A stretch of DNA of 64,000 bases, taken from positions 2,837,261 through 2,901,260 of the forward strand of contig CP073341.1 of assembly GCA_018141785.1 (NCBI GenBank), read 5' to 3'. The translations under genes were made by a program, and so were the position numbers. Source of the stretch: Candidatus Paraprochloron terpiosi LD05 (GTDB lineage: Bacteria > Cyanobacteriota > Cyanobacteriia > Cyanobacteriales > Prochloraceae). The notes beneath the pieces are model-generated. The model did no database searches, was not told the DNA's origin, and worked only from the letters and a program-made list of their open reading frames with translations. Positions 1-10,789 of this stretch are shown here, one piece after another (positions within the stretch are counted from its first letter, which is position 1; each line of letters opens with the position of its first letter).

Positions 1-306
1 AAGTTCACCGATAGTTTCGATGTTTTGCTCTTGCGCTGCTACTAGGAAGGGGCTATCCCAGGGTACTCCAGGACTCACAACTATCAGTTGGGGTAAGTGG
101 TCAGGACCCAGGGTGGGGGTGTGTCCCAGTTTGACAGCTATTCCTTCTGCTTCTAGTTCCTGTTGGGTTGCTTGGAGAGTGGGGGAAGAGGCGCGATCCG
201 ATAATATTACTTCCCAACCATCTCTTTTTAAGACCCTCCCAGCAGCTATTCCCGACTTTCCCAGTCCGATAACGTATGCTTTCATTCCCTCTTTATCTGC
301 GTTCAT
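1..306 (-). CDS. murD: UDP-N-acetylmuramoylalanine--D-glutamate ligase, N-terminal part (gene continues past the window start)
   Basis: Own minus-strand translation from ATG at 285 (in-frame alternative ATG at 306): MKAYVIGLGKSGIAAGRVLKRDGWEVILSDRASSP...VVSPGVPWDSPFLVAAQEQNIETIGEL. It has the GxGxSG Rossmann N-terminus typical of MurD. It runs to the window edge, so it is missing from the ORF track. Confidence 0.75.
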   Translation of the reverse strand, partial: MNADKEGMKAYVIGLGKSGIAAGRVLKRDGWEVILSDRASSPTLQATQQELEAEGIAVKLGHTPTLGPDHLPQLIVVSPGVPWDSPFLVAAQEQNIETIGEL

Positions 307-330
307 CTTCAGTTATAATAACACTCTATT

Positions 331-645
331 ATGACAAATGTCTATTCAATTTTCAATCAAACCCAGGGAGAAAGAGTTAGTGACGGATCCATCGCCCCTG
401 TTTTATAAAATACTCAATCCGCTCCTCGTCTATTGGTGTTAATATGGTCTCAATTAGGAGATTTCGACAGTTTGGAATACGCTTGGTGGCTGCAACGAGA
501 AGCAGAATTGCTGATTGAAGAAGGGTTGGTTATACGGGCTATTGGTATTGGGGATAGAGCTTCTGGAAACCAAAGAGTGGCTTTTTGTGGATCCTAATGC
601 TCAACTACACCGCCAACTAAACAATTGAAGAAGAGAAAGTAATAC
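331..645 (+). pseudogene. Thioredoxin-fold (AhpC/TSA-like) gene remnant, frameshifted
   Basis: Three short frames read MTNVYSIFNQTQGERVSDGSIAPVL*, then APRLLVLIWSQLGDFDSLEYAWWLQREAELLIEEGLVIRAIGIGDRASGN, then WLFVDPNAQLHRQLN. The SQLGDFDSLEYA motif recalls cyanobacterial peroxiredoxin-like proteins. The family call is from memory only. Confidence 0.3.
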
Positions 646-1051
646 AAGCAGCACCTCTACCCCCTCTGAAAGGCTCCTTTTTTAACTTAGCAGGAGGTAT
701 TAAGTAAGTGTAAAATCTACGTATCAAAGGGAAATTATTTTACCCAGCGGTGATCCACTTTTCTCTTTGACTCCCAAGGAAAATTACTCTATGAATTAGT
801 TTCCCTAAAAGTAGGGTGGGCATCGCTCACCAGCCTTAGTCGTAAGCATTGCCCACCTTTACCCGTATCAATGCTGTTTTTGGTTCCAGATCTCAAAAGA
901 TGTCCTAAATCATTTACTATTGTTATATAATAACAGGTAAATTACTTGTTTGGAAACTCAGGCAAAGCAAAAAAAAAACTAGAAATACATCGGTCAAATT
1001 TGGATAAGAGAAAATCTGTCCCTGTAAATTTGAGTTAAACCTAAAATTATC

Positions 1052-1459
1052 ATGACTGCTACCATTACCCTTGATATTCCCGAGCAAATTCATCAGCGTC
1101 TGATAAATCAGGCTACTGCTACTAAACGTCCTCTCAAAGAAATTATCCTCCGGGTTCTTCAAGTTGGGAGTCCTCCCGTTTGGGATGATGCACCACCTGA
1201 GTTTCAGGCGAATTTGGCAGCTTTGGATAGATTAGACGATGGAACATTGTGGAAAATTGCCCGCAGCCAAAAAACTGAAGCGGAATTAAAACGGTATGAT
1301 GAGCTTCTCTATGGTAACCAAAATGCTAGTCTGACATCCGCTCAAAAAGCTGAGTTGACCACCTTGAGGAAGAAGTCTGAACGATTCATGCTCTGCAAAG
1401 CTCAAGCTATCGTTTTATTACGCTGGCGTGGTCATTCTATCATGGTCGGGGACTCCTAA
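1052..1459 (+). CDS. Hypothetical protein, partner of the downstream HNH endonuclease
   Basis: 135-aa ORF. Its stop overlaps the next start (TAATG at 1457..1461). The N-terminus TITLDIPEQIHQRL looks ribbon-helix-helix-like. No family recognised with certainty. Confidence 0.55.
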   Translation: MTATITLDIPEQIHQRLINQATATKRPLKEIILRVLQVGSPPVWDDAPPEFQANLAALDRLDDGTLWKIARSQKTEAELKRYDELLYGNQNASLTSAQKAELTTLRKKSERFMLCKAQAIVLLRWRGHSIMVGDS

Positions 1460-1851
1460 TGTCTGTCTATATTCCCGTTTCCCTACGTAATCAAATTCGA
1501 GAGTTTGATCGTAATCGTTGTAGGTACTGCCAAAGGAGGGAAACACTCAGCGGCATTCCTATGACCTTCGATCATATTCATCCTCTCTCAAAAGGTGGAG
1601 TAACGTCTTTTGAAAATGTTTGTCTGGCTTGTCGAGCCTGTAATGAATTCAAAGGAGATTGTGTTACTGCTCAAGATTTATTCATTCAGGAGATTGTACC
1701 ACTTTTTAACCCAAGAACACAAAAATGGCATGACCACTTTTCTTGGGGCGATGATGGAACCAGAGTTGAAGGCAAAACTAGCGTGGGGCGAGTTACAGTT
1801 TTTACTTTGCAGATGAATAACCAAGTAATAGTAACTGCAAGAAGACGATGA
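1459..1851 (+). CDS. HNH endonuclease
   Basis: CRYC...FDHIHPLSKGG...NVCLACRACNEFKG is an HNH/zinc-finger signature. Confidence 0.8.
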   Translation: MSVYIPVSLRNQIREFDRNRCRYCQRRETLSGIPMTFDHIHPLSKGGVTSFENVCLACRACNEFKGDCVTAQDLFIQEIVPLFNPRTQKWHDHFSWGDDGTRVEGKTSVGRVTVFTLQMNNQVIVTARRR

Positions 1852-2036
1852 GTTTTAGTGGGTTGGCATCCACCTATACAATAATCTTTTTATCCGAAAG
1901 CATTCCAGAGCGCATCGCCCATCGGTAGTTAGCCCATTTAGCAAAAGCCTCTTGTACCATTGCGATCGCCCACCATAGCTCCTAAATAGGTTCTCAATCA
2001 GTGACCACGTATTATGACAGTTATCAGGCGTATGAT

Positions 2037-2096
2037 GGGGAGTTGGGGAGTTGGGGAGTTGGGGAGTTGGGGTGCTGGAGCGCTGGAACGCTGGGG
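2037..2096. repeat. G-rich tandem 8-mer array (GGGGAGTT x3, then GGGGTGCT/GGAGCGCT/GGAACGCT)
   Basis: Read directly from the sequence; intergenic. Confidence 0.6.
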
Positions 2097-2433
2097 AAAA
2101 CGGTTCACTCTACATTTCCTCCTACCCCCTACCCCCCAGTCGTAGTCGTAGCATCGCCTACCAGCAGCAGTTCTGGTTTTGTTCCATGCTAATGGGGTTA
2201 CAATTTATTGATACAGTCTCAGATTAATTTATCTATTGTGCTTCACTCAAAGATTATACCTAAAAATTTGCTCTTGTCTGGAGCTGCTTCCTCTCCTCTT
2301 AATGGGTACTCCCACTCAATTAAAGTTCAAATCTTTTATACTGATGAAAGATGTGAGTTAGGTAAGAACACCCCAGGTGGACTACTGGACTCCCGTGCAG
2401 GCCCTACTCCCCCACTGAGCAGCACTATATGTC

Positions 2434-4581
2434 CTAACTTAACCTCGTAGGTTTAACAATCTGACCAAAATCAGCTAATACTCGGGAATGATTTCGCAGC
2501 AAAGCCAAAAGATTGAGACGATTGCGCTTAACATCGGGATTTTCCGCCATGACCAACACGCTATCTTCTCCATCAAAAAACTCCTGGACAATAGGGGCGA
2601 TCGCCTGAAAACCTGCCACTAACAATTGATAATTGCCCTCCCTTTTCACTTCCTCAGTTTGGGGTACCAACTGTACTAAAGCCTCATAAAGAGCACCTTC
2701 GGAAGATTGCTCAAACAGTGAGGTATTTACCACCATCTCCGGGTTTAACTCCTGGGTATCTAAATCCCCCTGTCGTGCCAAACGAGTGGAACGATTCACC
2801 GTCTCATATATCTGTTCCAACAAACCATTATGACGAATTTCTTGGAGGAAGAGAGCGCGACGGGGCACATCTAATAAATCCGCCAGAGCAAGTTTCTCAT
2901 ATTCTTGGTCACCCTCAGCCAAAACAGCATTGATTAAATCGTAATCTATCTCCAACTCAGAGGTGAGCAAAGTGCGAATCCTTTGAATAAAGAACAAAGA
3001 CAGGGATGAAGCAGGAGACTCCTTATCAGGATGAGCAGCGACAAAATCCTGGCTACTCTGCTCAATAATCTGGAGCAAATTAATCCCTAACCCACCATGC
3101 CAAGTAATATTAACCACTGCATTTGCCCCCCGTCGCAAAGCAAAGGGATCAGCAGAACCTGTGGGAATCATTCCCAAACCGAAAATACTGACCAGAGTAT
3201 CCAATCTATCTGCCAAACCCACCACCTGACCAGGCATATTTTCTGGCATCATATCATCTGAGAACCGAGGCAAATAATGGTCCCGTATACCCTTAGCTAC
3301 CTCCTTCGACTCCCCACTCACCAGGGCATATTTTTCCCCCATTACCCCTTGTAACTCCGGAAATTCAGACACCATTTGAGTCACTAAATCAGCCTTGCAC
3401 AACAAAGCCACCCTCTCCACAACGGACCTTTCCTCCTTCCTCAATCCCAACTGTTCCCCAATTTGGGCAGCAATTTTCATCAACCGCTTCACCTTATCTG
3501 CCATAGAACCCAAATCTTCCTGGAAAGTCACCTTTTCCAATTGGGGTAAATAGGTTTCCAAATGTTTCTTGCAGTCAGCTTCATAGAAAAAGCGCCCATC
3601 TGCCAATCGCGCCCGAATAACCCTTTCATTGCCAGCAGCAATAATATCTGCTTTAGAGGGGTCACCGTTAGCAACAGTGATAAAATAAGGCAAAAGAGAG
3701 TCTTGAGCTAAAATAGGAAAATAGCGCTGGTGAGTCACCATGACTGACCTAATGACTGACTGTGGCAAACTCAAGAATGAGGAGTCGAACTTACCTACCA
3801 CAGCTGTGGGCCATTCTACCAAATTAGTTACTTCAGCTAATAAGTCAGGATATATTTCTGCCTTTCCCCCCAATTCCCCGGCGACAGCTTCTACCTGCTG
3901 CTGAATTAGCTCTCGTCGTTTTATGGGGTCAACTTCAATATTTGCTGACCTTAGACAGGGCAAATAATCCCCAGCTTCGGGAATACTAACTTGATTACGA
4001 TGTAAAACTCGGTGTCCAGAAGCAAGGCGATCGCTCTTCACCGTCATGGAACAGTTAACCAATTCTAATGGCAATATCTCTCCATCCCACAATGCTACCA
4101 GACTGTGAATCGGTCGAGGAAAGCGCAATTCTCCATCTCCCCAACGCATGAACCGCTTCCCTTCCAAGCGCTCTATCCATTCCAGACTCAATTCCCCCAC
4201 AATATCTTTACCCTGCCTTCCGGGAATTTGTTTCTGAATAAAGACAAAATCCCCCTTTTTAGTGGGACGCACTTCCAGGGCTTCTATAGGTGCACATTGC
4301 TTGCGAGCAAACCCCACAGCAGCCTTAGTGGGTTTCCCGTCCTTAAAAGCAGCTTTAGCTGGGGGACCTTTAATTTCCTCCTCCCGATCTGGTTGTTGCA
4401 CTGGTAGTCCCCGTACCAGAACCGCGAGACGTCGGGGACTGCCGTACACTTCCACTGCTTCTGGTTTTAGGAACTGTTCTGTCAGGGTTTGGGGAATGAG
4501 AGATTGCCATTGGGCGATCGCCCCAGCAATGAAATCTGCGGGTAATTCTTCTGTACCTACTTCTAATAAATAGTTAGCCAT
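2434..4581 (-). CDS. glyS: Glycine--tRNA ligase beta subunit
   Basis: 715-aa ORF with N-terminus [18 protein letters not shown], characteristic of GlyS. Confidence 0.95.
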   Translation of the reverse strand: MANYLLEVGTEELPADFIAGAIAQWQSLIPQTLTEQFLKPEAVEVYGSPRRLAVLVRGLPVQQPDREEEIKGPPAKAAFKDGKPTKAAVGFARKQCAPIEALEVRPTKKGDFVFIQKQIPGRQGKDIVGELSLEWIERLEGKRFMRWGDGELRFPRPIHSLVALWDGEILPLELVNCSMTVKSDRLASGHRVLHRNQVSIPEAGDYLPCLRSANIEVDPIKRRELIQQQVEAVAGELGGKAEIYPDLLAEVTNLVEWPTAVVGKFDSSFLSLPQSVIRSVMVTHQRYFPILAQDSLLPYFITVANGDPSKADIIAAGNERVIRARLADGRFFYEADCKKHLETYLPQLEKVTFQEDLGSMADKVKRLMKIAAQIGEQLGLRKEERSVVERVALLCKADLVTQMVSEFPELQGVMGEKYALVSGESKEVAKGIRDHYLPRFSDDMMPENMPGQVVGLADRLDTLVSIFGLGMIPTGSADPFALRRGANAVVNITWHGGLGINLLQIIEQSSQDFVAAHPDKESPASSLSLFFIQRIRTLLTSELEIDYDLINAVLAEGDQEYEKLALADLLDVPRRALFLQEIRHNGLLEQIYETVNRSTRLARQGDLDTQELNPEMVVNTSLFEQSSEGALYEALVQLVPQTEEVKREGNYQLLVAGFQAIAPIVQEFFDGEDSVLVMAENPDVKRNRLNLLALLRNHSRVLADFGQIVKPTRLS

Positions 4582-4657
4582 AGCTAAGAGTCCCTGGGAT
4601 GGTTAAATTTAAATCTTTCATTTATAATGATATCATCAAGATCAATAAATTACCAAA

Positions 4658-4891
4658 ATGGTTTGGACAATTGAAGAAGCCCAACAGAAATTAACAACAC
4701 TAATTAACGCAGCCAGCATTGAACCTCAACTGATCTACAAACAAGATCGACCTGTGGCAGCCATTGTGGAGGCTGAACTGTTTCAGGAATTTATTCTCTG
4801 GCACCAGCAAAGGCAAAAAGACTCACAGGTGGACCCATTCATCCAATTACGTCAAATCTTACGAATAATACGGGATTGGGTTTCATGGTAA
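4658..4891 (+). CDS. Phd/YefM-like antitoxin (orphan; no adjacent toxin seen)
   Basis: 77 aa. MVWTIEEAQQKLTTLINAASIEPQLIYKQDRPVAAIV follows the Phd/YefM N-terminal pattern. Confidence 0.45.
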   Translation: MVWTIEEAQQKLTTLINAASIEPQLIYKQDRPVAAIVEAELFQEFILWHQQRQKDSQVDPFIQLRQILRIIRDWVSW

Positions 4892-4923
4892 ACTAACAAC
4901 AAATAATCAAAACAAAACAACAA

Positions 4924-5679
4924 GTGATTTTAGCTTTAAGCGGATTATTAGCAGGTATCTTAGCAGGATTTCTCGGTATTGGGGGCGGTAGCCTATTAGT
5001 ACCTATTTTAGTAACATTAGGAAATGAACCCTTGCAGTCAGTCGCCACTAGTAACCTGGCAATTGCCATCATTTCTCTTTCCGGTAGCATCCAAAACTGG
5101 CGCATGGGTAAGTTAGACTTAAAGCGAGTATTTTATCTCAGTTTACCAGCATTAATAACTGCTCAAATTGGCGTTTATTTAGCTAAGAAACTACCCTCTA
5201 CCTTACTCCTAACTGCATTCGGTATATTGTTACTGGTGAACATTTATTTAGTGGGGCTGCGCCAGAAACTAACTAATAAAACAGCAGAAAATTCACAAGA
5301 AACAAAATATATTTTAAATTCAATGATAGCTAAAATAGCTGCTGGCAGTTTAGCAGGCTTATTAGCAGGCTTATTTGGGGTGGGTGGGGGTGTTATCATA
5401 GTACCCTTACAGATTGTCTTCTTAGGAGAAACCATTAAAGTGGCAATTCAAAGCAGTTTAGGGGTGATTTGCATCACCGCTATCTCTGCTACTATCGGTC
5501 ATAGTTTTCATGGTAATGTTTTGTTTACCGATGGTATAATTCTCGGTATCGGGGGTATAATAGGCAGTCAATTTAGCACCCGCATGTTGCCCAAATTGCC
5601 CGATAAAGTCATTCTTTTTGCTTTCCGCATTATACTAGCATCCCTCTCAATCTATATCCTATATAAAGCTAATTCCTAG
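4924..5679 (+). CDS. TauE/SafE family sulfite exporter-like membrane protein
   Basis: 251 aa, multi-TM, with duplicated G-rich helices (GFLGIGGGSLLVP and GLFGVGGGVIIVP). GTG start. Confidence 0.8.
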   Translation: MILALSGLLAGILAGFLGIGGGSLLVPILVTLGNEPLQSVATSNLAIAIISLSGSIQNWRMGKLDLKRVFYLSLPALITAQIGVYLAKKLPSTLLLTAFGILLLVNIYLVGLRQKLTNKTAENSQETKYILNSMIAKIAAGSLAGLLAGLFGVGGGVIIVPLQIVFLGETIKVAIQSSLGVICITAISATIGHSFHGNVLFTDGIILGIGGIIGSQFSTRMLPKLPDKVILFAFRIILASLSIYILYKANS

Positions 5680-5687
5680 ATAAAGAC

Positions 5688-6254
5688 ATGGTACAAGCAC
5701 CCATTAAAACTCTCAGCTTAGAGGAATTTCTCAAACTTCCCGATTCCAAACCTGCCAAGGAATATATCAATAGACAAGTTTTTCAAAAACCAATGCCACA
5801 AGGACATCACAGTACTATTCAAGTGGATCTAACTGAAACCATTAATGCTGTGGTTAAAAAACAACGCATTGGGCGCGCTTATACTGAACTTCGCTGTGTA
5901 TTTGGAGGGCGTGCAATTGTGCCTGATATTACACTGTTCCGATGGGAAAGAATCCCTGTAGACGAGGAAGGTAACGTTGCCAACGTTTTTAATCTTGCAC
6001 CTGATTGGATGATTGAAATACTTTCTCCTAACCAAAATCCAACAATTGTTACTGGTAAAATTTTACACGCTCTCAATCATGGTACCCAAATGGGTTGGAT
6101 AATTGATCCAGAAACACAATCAGTTTTAGTTTATCCTATGGGAAAACAACCACAATTATTCTCCGATAAAACGGCAATTTTACCTATAGTTCCGTTAGGA
6201 AAGGATTTACAATTAACGGTGGGAGAGATATTTGGATGGTTGAAACATCAATAA
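5688..6254 (+). CDS. Uma2 family (DUF820) endonuclease
   Basis: 188 aa. LSLEEFLKLP...EYINRQVF...PDITLF...APDWMIEILSP matches the Uma2 pattern. Confidence 0.8.
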   Translation: MVQAPIKTLSLEEFLKLPDSKPAKEYINRQVFQKPMPQGHHSTIQVDLTETINAVVKKQRIGRAYTELRCVFGGRAIVPDITLFRWERIPVDEEGNVANVFNLAPDWMIEILSPNQNPTIVTGKILHALNHGTQMGWIIDPETQSVLVYPMGKQPQLFSDKTAILPIVPLGKDLQLTVGEIFGWLKHQ

Positions 6255-6257
6255 TCC

Positions 6258-6851
6258 TCAATTGTGGGTTACTTCATCTTCAAAGCTTTCCCACCTATCG
6301 AAGTAAAAAGCTCCAGCAATAGATCCCCAAACCCGTTCGTCAGTTTCTGGATCCCTTCCCAAGTCATAGCTAATCAATTTTCCTTCTTCTATCTCAAAGC
6401 TATTATCCAAATAAGTAGTTTTACCATCACGTACCACAATACAAGCTTTTCCTGGCTGTATTTTGCCTTTAAAACTATGACCAGTCCATTGAACAATCAT
6501 GTCGCAACCAGGTAACAACTCCAAATCTTCAGCAGTTAATTTATTTAACTTCTTTAGGTTACGAGCAGCACCGTAGAACTTCTCGGGTTCTTTAAAAGAA
6601 TAGTGTTGGATTTCAATATGCTCTTCTACCACTTTTAATCGAAACACTCGCAAACGATAGGGTTGATTGAGCATAAAATCATACGCTTGTTCCAAAAAAA
6701 GACTGGTTCCCGACAGCAATGAAGGTGGTAAAGGACGCATACAGACGCGAATGTGAGCGTATAAAGGAGGATTAGCAAAAGCTTGTTCCTGGTTGCTGAA
6801 ATCTCCTGTCATCCAACGAGCTAAAGTTGCTATATCTGTAGAATTACTCAT
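6258..6851 (-). CDS. cpcT: CpcT/CpeT family phycobiliprotein bilin lyase
   Basis: LARWMTGDFSNQEQAFANPPLYAHIRVCMRPLP signature. Last gene of the cpc cluster. Its start overlaps the cpcF stop (ATGA). Confidence 0.85.
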   Translation of the reverse strand: MSNSTDIATLARWMTGDFSNQEQAFANPPLYAHIRVCMRPLPPSLLSGTSLFLEQAYDFMLNQPYRLRVFRLKVVEEHIEIQHYSFKEPEKFYGAARNLKKLNKLTAEDLELLPGCDMIVQWTGHSFKGKIQPGKACIVVRDGKTTYLDNSFEIEEGKLISYDLGRDPETDERVWGSIAGAFYFDRWESFEDEVTHN

Positions 6852-7516
6852 TTATTATTATTCTGAAGAGGTAGAATAGCTTCCAGTTGTTCTAAAGCCA
6901 TTTTAATACGAGCGCGAACTACTAATTCTGGATCTCCTTGAAGCATTTCTTGACATTGTTGAAGAATTTTGTCCATCAAATCAGACCGACTATCTGCGAA
7001 AGTATTGGCTAGAGATTCCAACCCCACCACAGCAGCATAGCGTACCACCCATTCTCCATCTTGACACACCAACAACAGAGTATCCAAAACTTCTGATTGA
7101 GCCAAAAATGCCTTTTGTGAATCCAACAAGAGCCAACGAATATTTCCCAGTCCCCGGGCTGCTGCACGACGAACGCTCAAAGAAAAGTCAGTACTAGCAG
7201 CTTTTAATAAGATGTCTAAAGCAGCTGGGTCGCCGATACCTGCCAATGCTCGAATTGCCCAGGCTCGAGCGCCATAATTATAGTCGTCAATTTGTTGCAG
7301 GAGATGGGGAACTGCTACTTCTTGCAAGTCTATTAACCCTTCCACTGCTGCAACTGCTGCTCCAGGGTTATTAAACCTTAGAACTTCAATGAGGGTGGGA
7401 ATTGCTGCTTCGTCGCGAGCTGCGCTCAGTGCTTCTACTGCATCTAATAATCCCTCAGCAGAATCGGCTTTTTCAACTGCTTCAATTAGTTTTTGGGTAG
7501 AGTCAGCAACAATCAT
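6848..7516 (-). CDS. cpcF: Phycocyanobilin lyase beta subunit (HEAT-repeat E/F type)
   Basis: 222 aa of HEAT/PBS-lyase repeats, directly downstream of the cpcE-like gene. Confidence 0.8.
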   Translation of the reverse strand: MIVADSTQKLIEAVEKADSAEGLLDAVEALSAARDEAAIPTLIEVLRFNNPGAAVAAVEGLIDLQEVAVPHLLQQIDDYNYGARAWAIRALAGIGDPAALDILLKAASTDFSLSVRRAAARGLGNIRWLLLDSQKAFLAQSEVLDTLLLVCQDGEWVVRYAAVVGLESLANTFADSRSDLMDKILQQCQEMLQGDPELVVRARIKMALEQLEAILPLQNNNK

Positions 7517-7560
7517 GAAAATATTTTGTAATGGTTAGAGGGGTTGGTTTCTTTCTAGTC

Positions 7561-8391
7561 TTAAAGAAGGCTGTCCATTAACTTTAAAATATTCTTGCTC
7601 TCAGGAAGCAATGTAAGAGTTTCGTTGCAATTTCCCTCAAGAGAACTTTCCAAGAGACCTTTGAGGGAAATAAGCTTGAGACTATTTTCTGCCAAAGTCT
7701 CGGCGATCGCCTCTCCTGCGGGTAAATAACCTATCGCCCCCAAATCTATCAATGCCGATCGCCGTAATTGCAATTCTTCCCCTCCCAATGCGCGAACCAA
7801 TATTTCTCCATATACCCCATTCCCTGTCAATTGATACATCGCCCTTGCAGCAGCATACTGTACTTTAGGAAAGGAATGTTCCAAAAAAGGTTCAATTTCT
7901 TCTATCGCTCCCTTAGCTCCTAAAGTTCCCAAAGCCTCGATAACTGCCTCATAAGGTTGTACCAAATGGGGTTTACCAGGTACTTGGGTTGCTGCTGCCA
8001 CTCCCCCAGCCAGCAAACAGCGTAATGCAGGAATGCAGCTTTTATCCCCTAACATCTCCAAAGCTTGGGCTGCTGCTTCCCTGACATAAAAGTCGGGAAA
8101 TTGCAAGCACCTAATTAAAGGAGGTACTGCTCGCCGTTCTCCCAATTTTCCCAATGCTCGCGCTGCATTGCGCCGCAGGGGATAGCCGCCATCTGGCGCT
8201 CTATCTTCTTCGTCCTCTAAAGCTTCCAGCAACGCTTTGATCGCCTCTGGGGAATTAACTCTAAACTTCCCTAGCCACCAAGCAGCGTAGTAGCGCTGTC
8301 CTAAATCTTCCTTTTGTTGCAAATTGGCGATGGCCTCCTCCACGGTCAAGGAATTCCCGTTGCCTTCTATGTGAGGATCCAACTCTTCCAT
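7561..8391 (-). CDS. cpcE: Phycocyanobilin lyase alpha subunit (HEAT-repeat E/F type)
   Basis: 276 aa. LGQRYYAAWWLGKFRV and repeated RRNAARALG-type HEAT motifs. Confidence 0.85.
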   Translation of the reverse strand: MEELDPHIEGNGNSLTVEEAIANLQQKEDLGQRYYAAWWLGKFRVNSPEAIKALLEALEDEEDRAPDGGYPLRRNAARALGKLGERRAVPPLIRCLQFPDFYVREAAAQALEMLGDKSCIPALRCLLAGGVAAATQVPGKPHLVQPYEAVIEALGTLGAKGAIEEIEPFLEHSFPKVQYAAARAMYQLTGNGVYGEILVRALGGEELQLRRSALIDLGAIGYLPAGEAIAETLAENSLKLISLKGLLESSLEGNCNETLTLLPESKNILKLMDSLL

Positions 8392-8437
8392 GAGCTAATC
8401 ATACTAATTTCATACACTAATTATTTTAAACATAAAT

Positions 8438-8480
8438 TAATGCCCGGAATGGCGAACCTTCTCTACCATTGCGGGCATTA
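8438..8480 (-). terminator. Long hairpin between cpcA and cpcE (terminator/attenuator or processing site)
   Basis: Minus strand TAATGCCCGCAATGG-loop-CCATTCCGGGCATTA, about 50 nt after the cpcA stop. No clear U-tract. Confidence 0.4.
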
Positions 8481-8529
8481 GTCTTTACCATTGAGGTTTG
8501 TCTCTTTTAGCTTAATTACTTACAGGTAA

Positions 8530-9018
8530 CTAGCTCAGAGCATTAATGGCATAATCGATATAGTTATTAGCCTCGGTACCAGCTTGACCAGCCAAACCGT
8601 GGTTAGCTTTGATATACTTGAGAGCTTCAATGTACCAGCTAGGGGACAGCTCGAAGCTACGATTGATTTCATCCAAACCAGCAATCAAATACTCATCCAT
8701 AGGACCAGTACCGCCAGCGACCAGACAGTAAGTTACCATGCGCAGGTAGTAACCGATATCCCGAGCACACTTAGCCTTACCTTCTGGAGTAGAAGCATAG
8801 GTAGGTCCGGGAGTGGAGGTAGTGAAGGGGAATTTGGTATAAACTGCTTGAGCAGCACCATTAATTAAACTCTGAGCGCTTGCGGTCAAAGCTTTAGCTG
8901 CTTCCAAGGAAGCAGAGGCACGCTGGTAACGACCAAAAGCTGATTGAATTTCCGTATTGCTCAAAAAGCGTCCTTGAGAATCAGCAGCTGCAACTGCTTC
9001 AGTCAGAGGGGTTTTCAT
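8530..9018 (-). CDS. cpcA: Phycocyanin alpha subunit
   Basis: 162 aa. [23 protein letters not shown]...[60 protein letters not shown]. Confidence 0.95.
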   Translation of the reverse strand: MKTPLTEAVAAADSQGRFLSNTEIQSAFGRYQRASASLEAAKALTASAQSLINGAAQAVYTKFPFTTSTPGPTYASTPEGKAKCARDIGYYLRMVTYCLVAGGTGPMDEYLIAGLDEINRSFELSPSWYIEALKYIKANHGLAGQAGTEANNYIDYAINALS

Positions 9019-9104
9019 CTTAAACTGTCTCCCTATTATTTTGCTAAATTTTCCTTAAAATGGATTGTTTTGCCAAAACTGGCGAGTAATCTAAATTCCT
9101 CAGA

Positions 9105-9623
9105 CTAGGCAACTGCGGCAGCAGCGCGATCGAAGTAGGTAGCAATTTCAGACATTAGATTGCTGCAATCGCCGGGGGTGATACCGTTGCGGTCGTTAGC
9201 AATAGCAATAGCAGCATCCTTCATTTTTTGAACGCCAACAGCCACGGAAGCGCCGGGAGTTCCCAAAGCCAAGTAGGTTTCCCGCAGACCGTTCAAGCAG
9301 CGATCTTCCAGCACGCTAGCATCGCCAGAATAAATAGCATAGGTTACATAGCGGAGGATAATTTCCATATCCCGCAAGCAAGCAGCCATGCGACGGCTGG
9401 TGTAGGCATTACCGCCGGGAGTAATCAACTGGGGTTGCTCGGCGAACAAGGAGCGAGCGGCGTTAGTAACAATAGCAGATGCGTTGCTGGTGATCCGGTT
9501 CACAGCGTCCATGCGCTTGTTGCTTTCGCTCACCATGGCGCTGAGAGCATCTAACTGAGAGGTGGAAAGAAATTCGCCTCTGGCATCAGCTTGAGAAACT
9601 ACCTTTGTGAAGGCGTCGAACAT
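9105..9623 (-). CDS. cpcB: Phycocyanin beta subunit
   Basis: 172 aa. [20 protein letters not shown]...[20 protein letters not shown]...GITPGDCS. Confidence 0.95.
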   Translation of the reverse strand: MFDAFTKVVSQADARGEFLSTSQLDALSAMVSESNKRMDAVNRITSNASAIVTNAARSLFAEQPQLITPGGNAYTSRRMAACLRDMEIILRYVTYAIYSGDASVLEDRCLNGLRETYLALGTPGASVAVGVQKMKDAAIAIANDRNGITPGDCSNLMSEIATYFDRAAAAVA

Positions 9624-9911
9624 GTTGCAAATCTCCTAACTTTAACTTAGTTGAGCTTTGTTGTACTTTGATGGATGTAGGTTATTGGGCAAAAGTTTTG
9701 CTCACCTGCCCTTTAATAAAACTTTATTATCGGACAAAATGAAAAAACTGCCTATTTTATGAGAAACCCTCGTATCACTCGGGTCTTGCGGAGTTTGGGT
9801 TGACTTTCCACAGTTGTTTCTAGCCCCCAGGTAACTTTTATACAACGGTGTTGTGTTTTTATTTGTTACATATTGTTAATTTTCTGGGAGTACCCCGGTA
9901 AAAACCAAGAC

Positions 9912-10646
9912 CTAGAGACTGATAATCCCCCAAGCAGCAAGAGCAACAGCCATTGTACCCAGTCCTAAAACTGTCGCCCCAGCGATTGTCATTATTTTTG
10001 CAGCCAGGAGAACTGGTTTTGGCGGATAATAAGGGACTCCATCCATCTCATTATGAGCGAAGTAACCCAGGGAAATCAGTTGCTGGCGATGGTATTTCCC
10101 ATAGCGAGGCATCCGGGCAAATGGTAAATCTCCTTCAGGGCGCTGGGGCAAAATGCGCCGCCGTTGATAGGGAACAGTATCGTAACCAAAGTTGGTCATG
10201 TACTCCTTGCTATCCAGGAGAGCATCGATAAACCCTTCTAACCCTTTAGTAGCTAAAACAGTTGACCAGGCTAATTCTTCCCGTTGACTATAAACATCCC
10301 GTCCGAGAATGCGCTGAACACACATCCTGACGAAGCGATAGTTATTGTTGGTTTCGTAATTGCGTCGTCGGAAAGATTCCGAAAGAGCAAGTCCCCGAAT
10401 GAAGTCTCGCACCAAAATTTGACCGAAACGCAGTTGAGATTCTAAAAAAGTTTGGCGATTGCTTGCCAGAAGTTGTTGTTCGTTAAAAATTTGACGATAG
10501 GCAGCGGCGATCGCAACTTCGATTTCTCCTGCTGAGGGCAGGGTTTCCATAGAGTAAATCATGGGCTGCTCATCCCCAGGTACCTCATAGCCAGCTACCC
10601 GCTGGTTTTGAGTTGAGGGAGAATATTCGAGCATTGGTATTGCCAT
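9912..10646 (-). CDS. cpcL: CpcG-family phycobilisome rod linker with a C-terminal hydrophobic helix (CpcL type)
   Basis: 244 aa. It has a PBS-linker domain (AAYRQIFNEQQ...FIRGLALSESFRR...VQRILGRDVY). The C-terminus VLLAAKIMTIAGATVLGLGTMAVALAAWGIISL is a predicted TM segment. Confidence 0.85.
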   Translation of the reverse strand: MAIPMLEYSPSTQNQRVAGYEVPGDEQPMIYSMETLPSAGEIEVAIAAAYRQIFNEQQLLASNRQTFLESQLRFGQILVRDFIRGLALSESFRRRNYETNNNYRFVRMCVQRILGRDVYSQREELAWSTVLATKGLEGFIDALLDSKEYMTNFGYDTVPYQRRRILPQRPEGDLPFARMPRYGKYHRQQLISLGYFAHNEMDGVPYYPPKPVLLAAKIMTIAGATVLGLGTMAVALAAWGIISL

Positions 10647-10789
10647 AGTTGAGCCTCCTCAAAATATGATTCCGGCAAAAGAATTGAGTAAATGTACTCA
10701 ACTCTCTCTCAAGAGTAAAGGATGGAGTTAACCAAATTTGAATTTTGTAACAAATAGCAAAAATCCGTAAAAATAGTTGATAAACCTTG

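Noticed and set aside
20-334. 104-aa plus-strand ORF at the window start
   Set aside because: It is antisense to a clear MurD N-terminus on the minus strand, and its composition is Ser/Pro/Cys-rich with no motif.
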